Origin: Takakia lepidozioides
Lineage: Eukaryota; Plantae; Bryophyta
Direction: 5' to 3'
DNA length: 64,000 nt
NCBI GenBank assembly: GCA_030704615.1
Contig: CM060733.1
Location: 22,320,001-22,384,000, forward strand
Shown: positions 62,265-64,000 of the stretch, piece by piece
Numbering within the stretch: the stretch's first letter is position 1
Layout of the letters: the number at the start of each line of letters is the position of its first letter
Position numbers and translations under genes: made by a program
Notes under the pieces: model-generated
Told to the model about the DNA's origin: nothing
What the model saw: only the letters and a program-made list of their open reading frames with translations
Databases searched by the model: none

Positions 62265-63723
62265 GACTGCATCTGCCCTCTAATCAATATCCCCAGGGAC
62301 ATATGCATCCTCTCACATCCTCTCTACAATCTCCCTGGTTTGAAGTCAAGCCACCTCCATTCCATTTCTCAAAATCTTATCTCCTACATCAGTCTTGCTT
62401 GAGAGCTCCTAAGTCCAAGCAACAACAACTATTCCTAAGTGAAAAAGAAGCCACTATTCCTAAGTCTGAGAGAAGAGCCATGCATCTACGAACTTAACTA
62501 TCTTATACTCCAGGTGAAGCGGTGGGATTGCCTGCCCAAAATGGCACCTCACCATCTCTGTCAGCAGCTACCCTAACTCCTCTTGTCGTCTGAATGCCAC
62601 GTTGTAAAAACAAAGATCTATGCATGTCAGATCATGTCATCGCTCTGCCACTCTACCTTTCAGATATTCATTGATTCAAGCGTTCAGTGAGTCATGATGG
62701 TTCTGCTTCAGTCCATGGCAGTAACCCTGTCGCTTGCCAACTAACTACCCTATCCCACCATCTCTGCTAATCTACCCTAAGATCTGATATGATCTTATAA
62801 CAAGAAGACAATCATCATCTGAAAGCTTCTTGCTCTGTACATTTCACTCTTTGCCTCCTTATTTACAGATAACCTGAGTCACCATCCACAAGCCCTCATT
62901 CGCTCTGGCAGATGCTCGTTATGTCGAGCTGCTCCTCATCCTAACTCTCCATTGACTGTGCCAGCAACCCCACCTCCCTGTTCTCTGGCAGCTGGCCGTT
63001 TTCCTTGCAAGCTCACCCTCCCATGATCATGTTCATCAAGGCAATGGCGATCATTACCAAGAAGATGGCGGCACCGCTTCCCCTGTTGCACAGATTACCA
63101 AGTTGTGCCCTTATCCTCTACATTAAAACTTCCCCCAGCGTAGATGCAATCGCCCTTGACACAATGCCCTGCCAATTCCACTGTTCGCAGCATCTGCTCA
63201 GAGCCCCCGTCATCTTCCCCTTCGTCTTCCTCGTCCCGCGTTTCTAGGGTAACCGCCAGTGATGAAAGTCATCCATTTTCACGAACGGAAAACGTGCTAG
63301 GTTTCATTAACAGAGTTAATCACAAATTCATTGCATCCTTGGCACTGGATCCTTCGTCCTCGTTCCTGGGAGTCATCCAGTAAGCATGGATGTAATCCAT
63401 TCATCCTCCGGATGAAAATACGCATGGTCACGACTTAGCCACTTTCATCCTGGCAAAGTATCAGCATAATGTGCCCATGAAATAACATGTAGGCAGGGAT
63501 GAATTCCGCCCATAGCATGTATGAAATAAATTGAGCATTTTCATCCTGGCCAAGAGTTCCCCATCGTTCCCATGATGTAACCTAGAAACATGTATGGAAT
63601 AAATTGCAGGGACAACTCAACCTATTTTCACATTGGTACCAGGGCCCTTCTTTTGTAGAAATGCAGAATCTCAGTGAGTAAAAACAAAAATTTCAATGTC
63701 ACCCCCCCTGCATTCACACTACA
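62265..63723 (-). repeat. Diverged family A-like LTR (left boundary uncertain)
   Basis: Same terminus CCCCTGCATTCACACTACA and collinear blocks shared with 8740-9845. Confidence 0.8.
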
Positions 63724-64000
63724 TCATTTCAATACTCCCCCTTAATCTATCCATAATCTAGACTTTGTCAATCTGATAGTAAGTGTTCTGAAAGCTAAGC
63801 ACTCCAAATGCCTCACTGCAATACTCATGCTTGGGCTTCGGAAGAGCCTTAGTTAAAGCATTAGCTAGCATCTCATTAGTGCTACAATAAACTAGTTCTA
63901 TCTGACTAGTTTCTACTTTTTCTCTTATAAAGTGATATCTGAGTTCTATATGCTTTGACCGATCATAAAACCTAGGATTCTTTGTCAAAGCTATACACGA
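63724..64000 (-). mobile_element. Ty1/copia 3' end: RNase H C-terminus and PPT
   Basis: KNPRFYDRSKHIELRYHFIRE...MLANALTKAL (63758-63988). PPT AAGGGGGAG at 63735-63743. Confidence 0.93.

Overview
Eukaryotic land-plant genomic DNA, most likely a non-seed plant judging from the transposon families; the species cannot be determined from the sequence alone. 1-46.8 kb is a nested, rearranged transposon cluster. It holds a Ty3/gypsy element with ~2.2-kb LTRs (family A), at least four copies of a non-chromovirus gypsy family with extra ORFs before gag and after pol (family B), and a 5'-truncated chromovirus. Across ~27.7-43.5 kb lie scrambled pieces of a large Mutator-like (MULE) DNA element. It carries a GCM-type/DDE/SWIM transposase, a spliced ParB/Srx-fold gene (DGNHR), a spliced beta-class N4C/N6A DNA methyltransferase-like gene, and arrays of a 20-bp palindrome (GAATTTCGGCGCCGAAATTC) spaced ~63-65 bp apart. 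This module is the best candidate for an undescribed system. 46.8-64 kb contains two intact, convergent host genes (an XTH with a GC-AG first intron and an LHT-like amino acid transporter), SINE and MITE-like elements, an A-like LTR and the 3' end of a copia element. All family assignments come from motif reading, not database searches.
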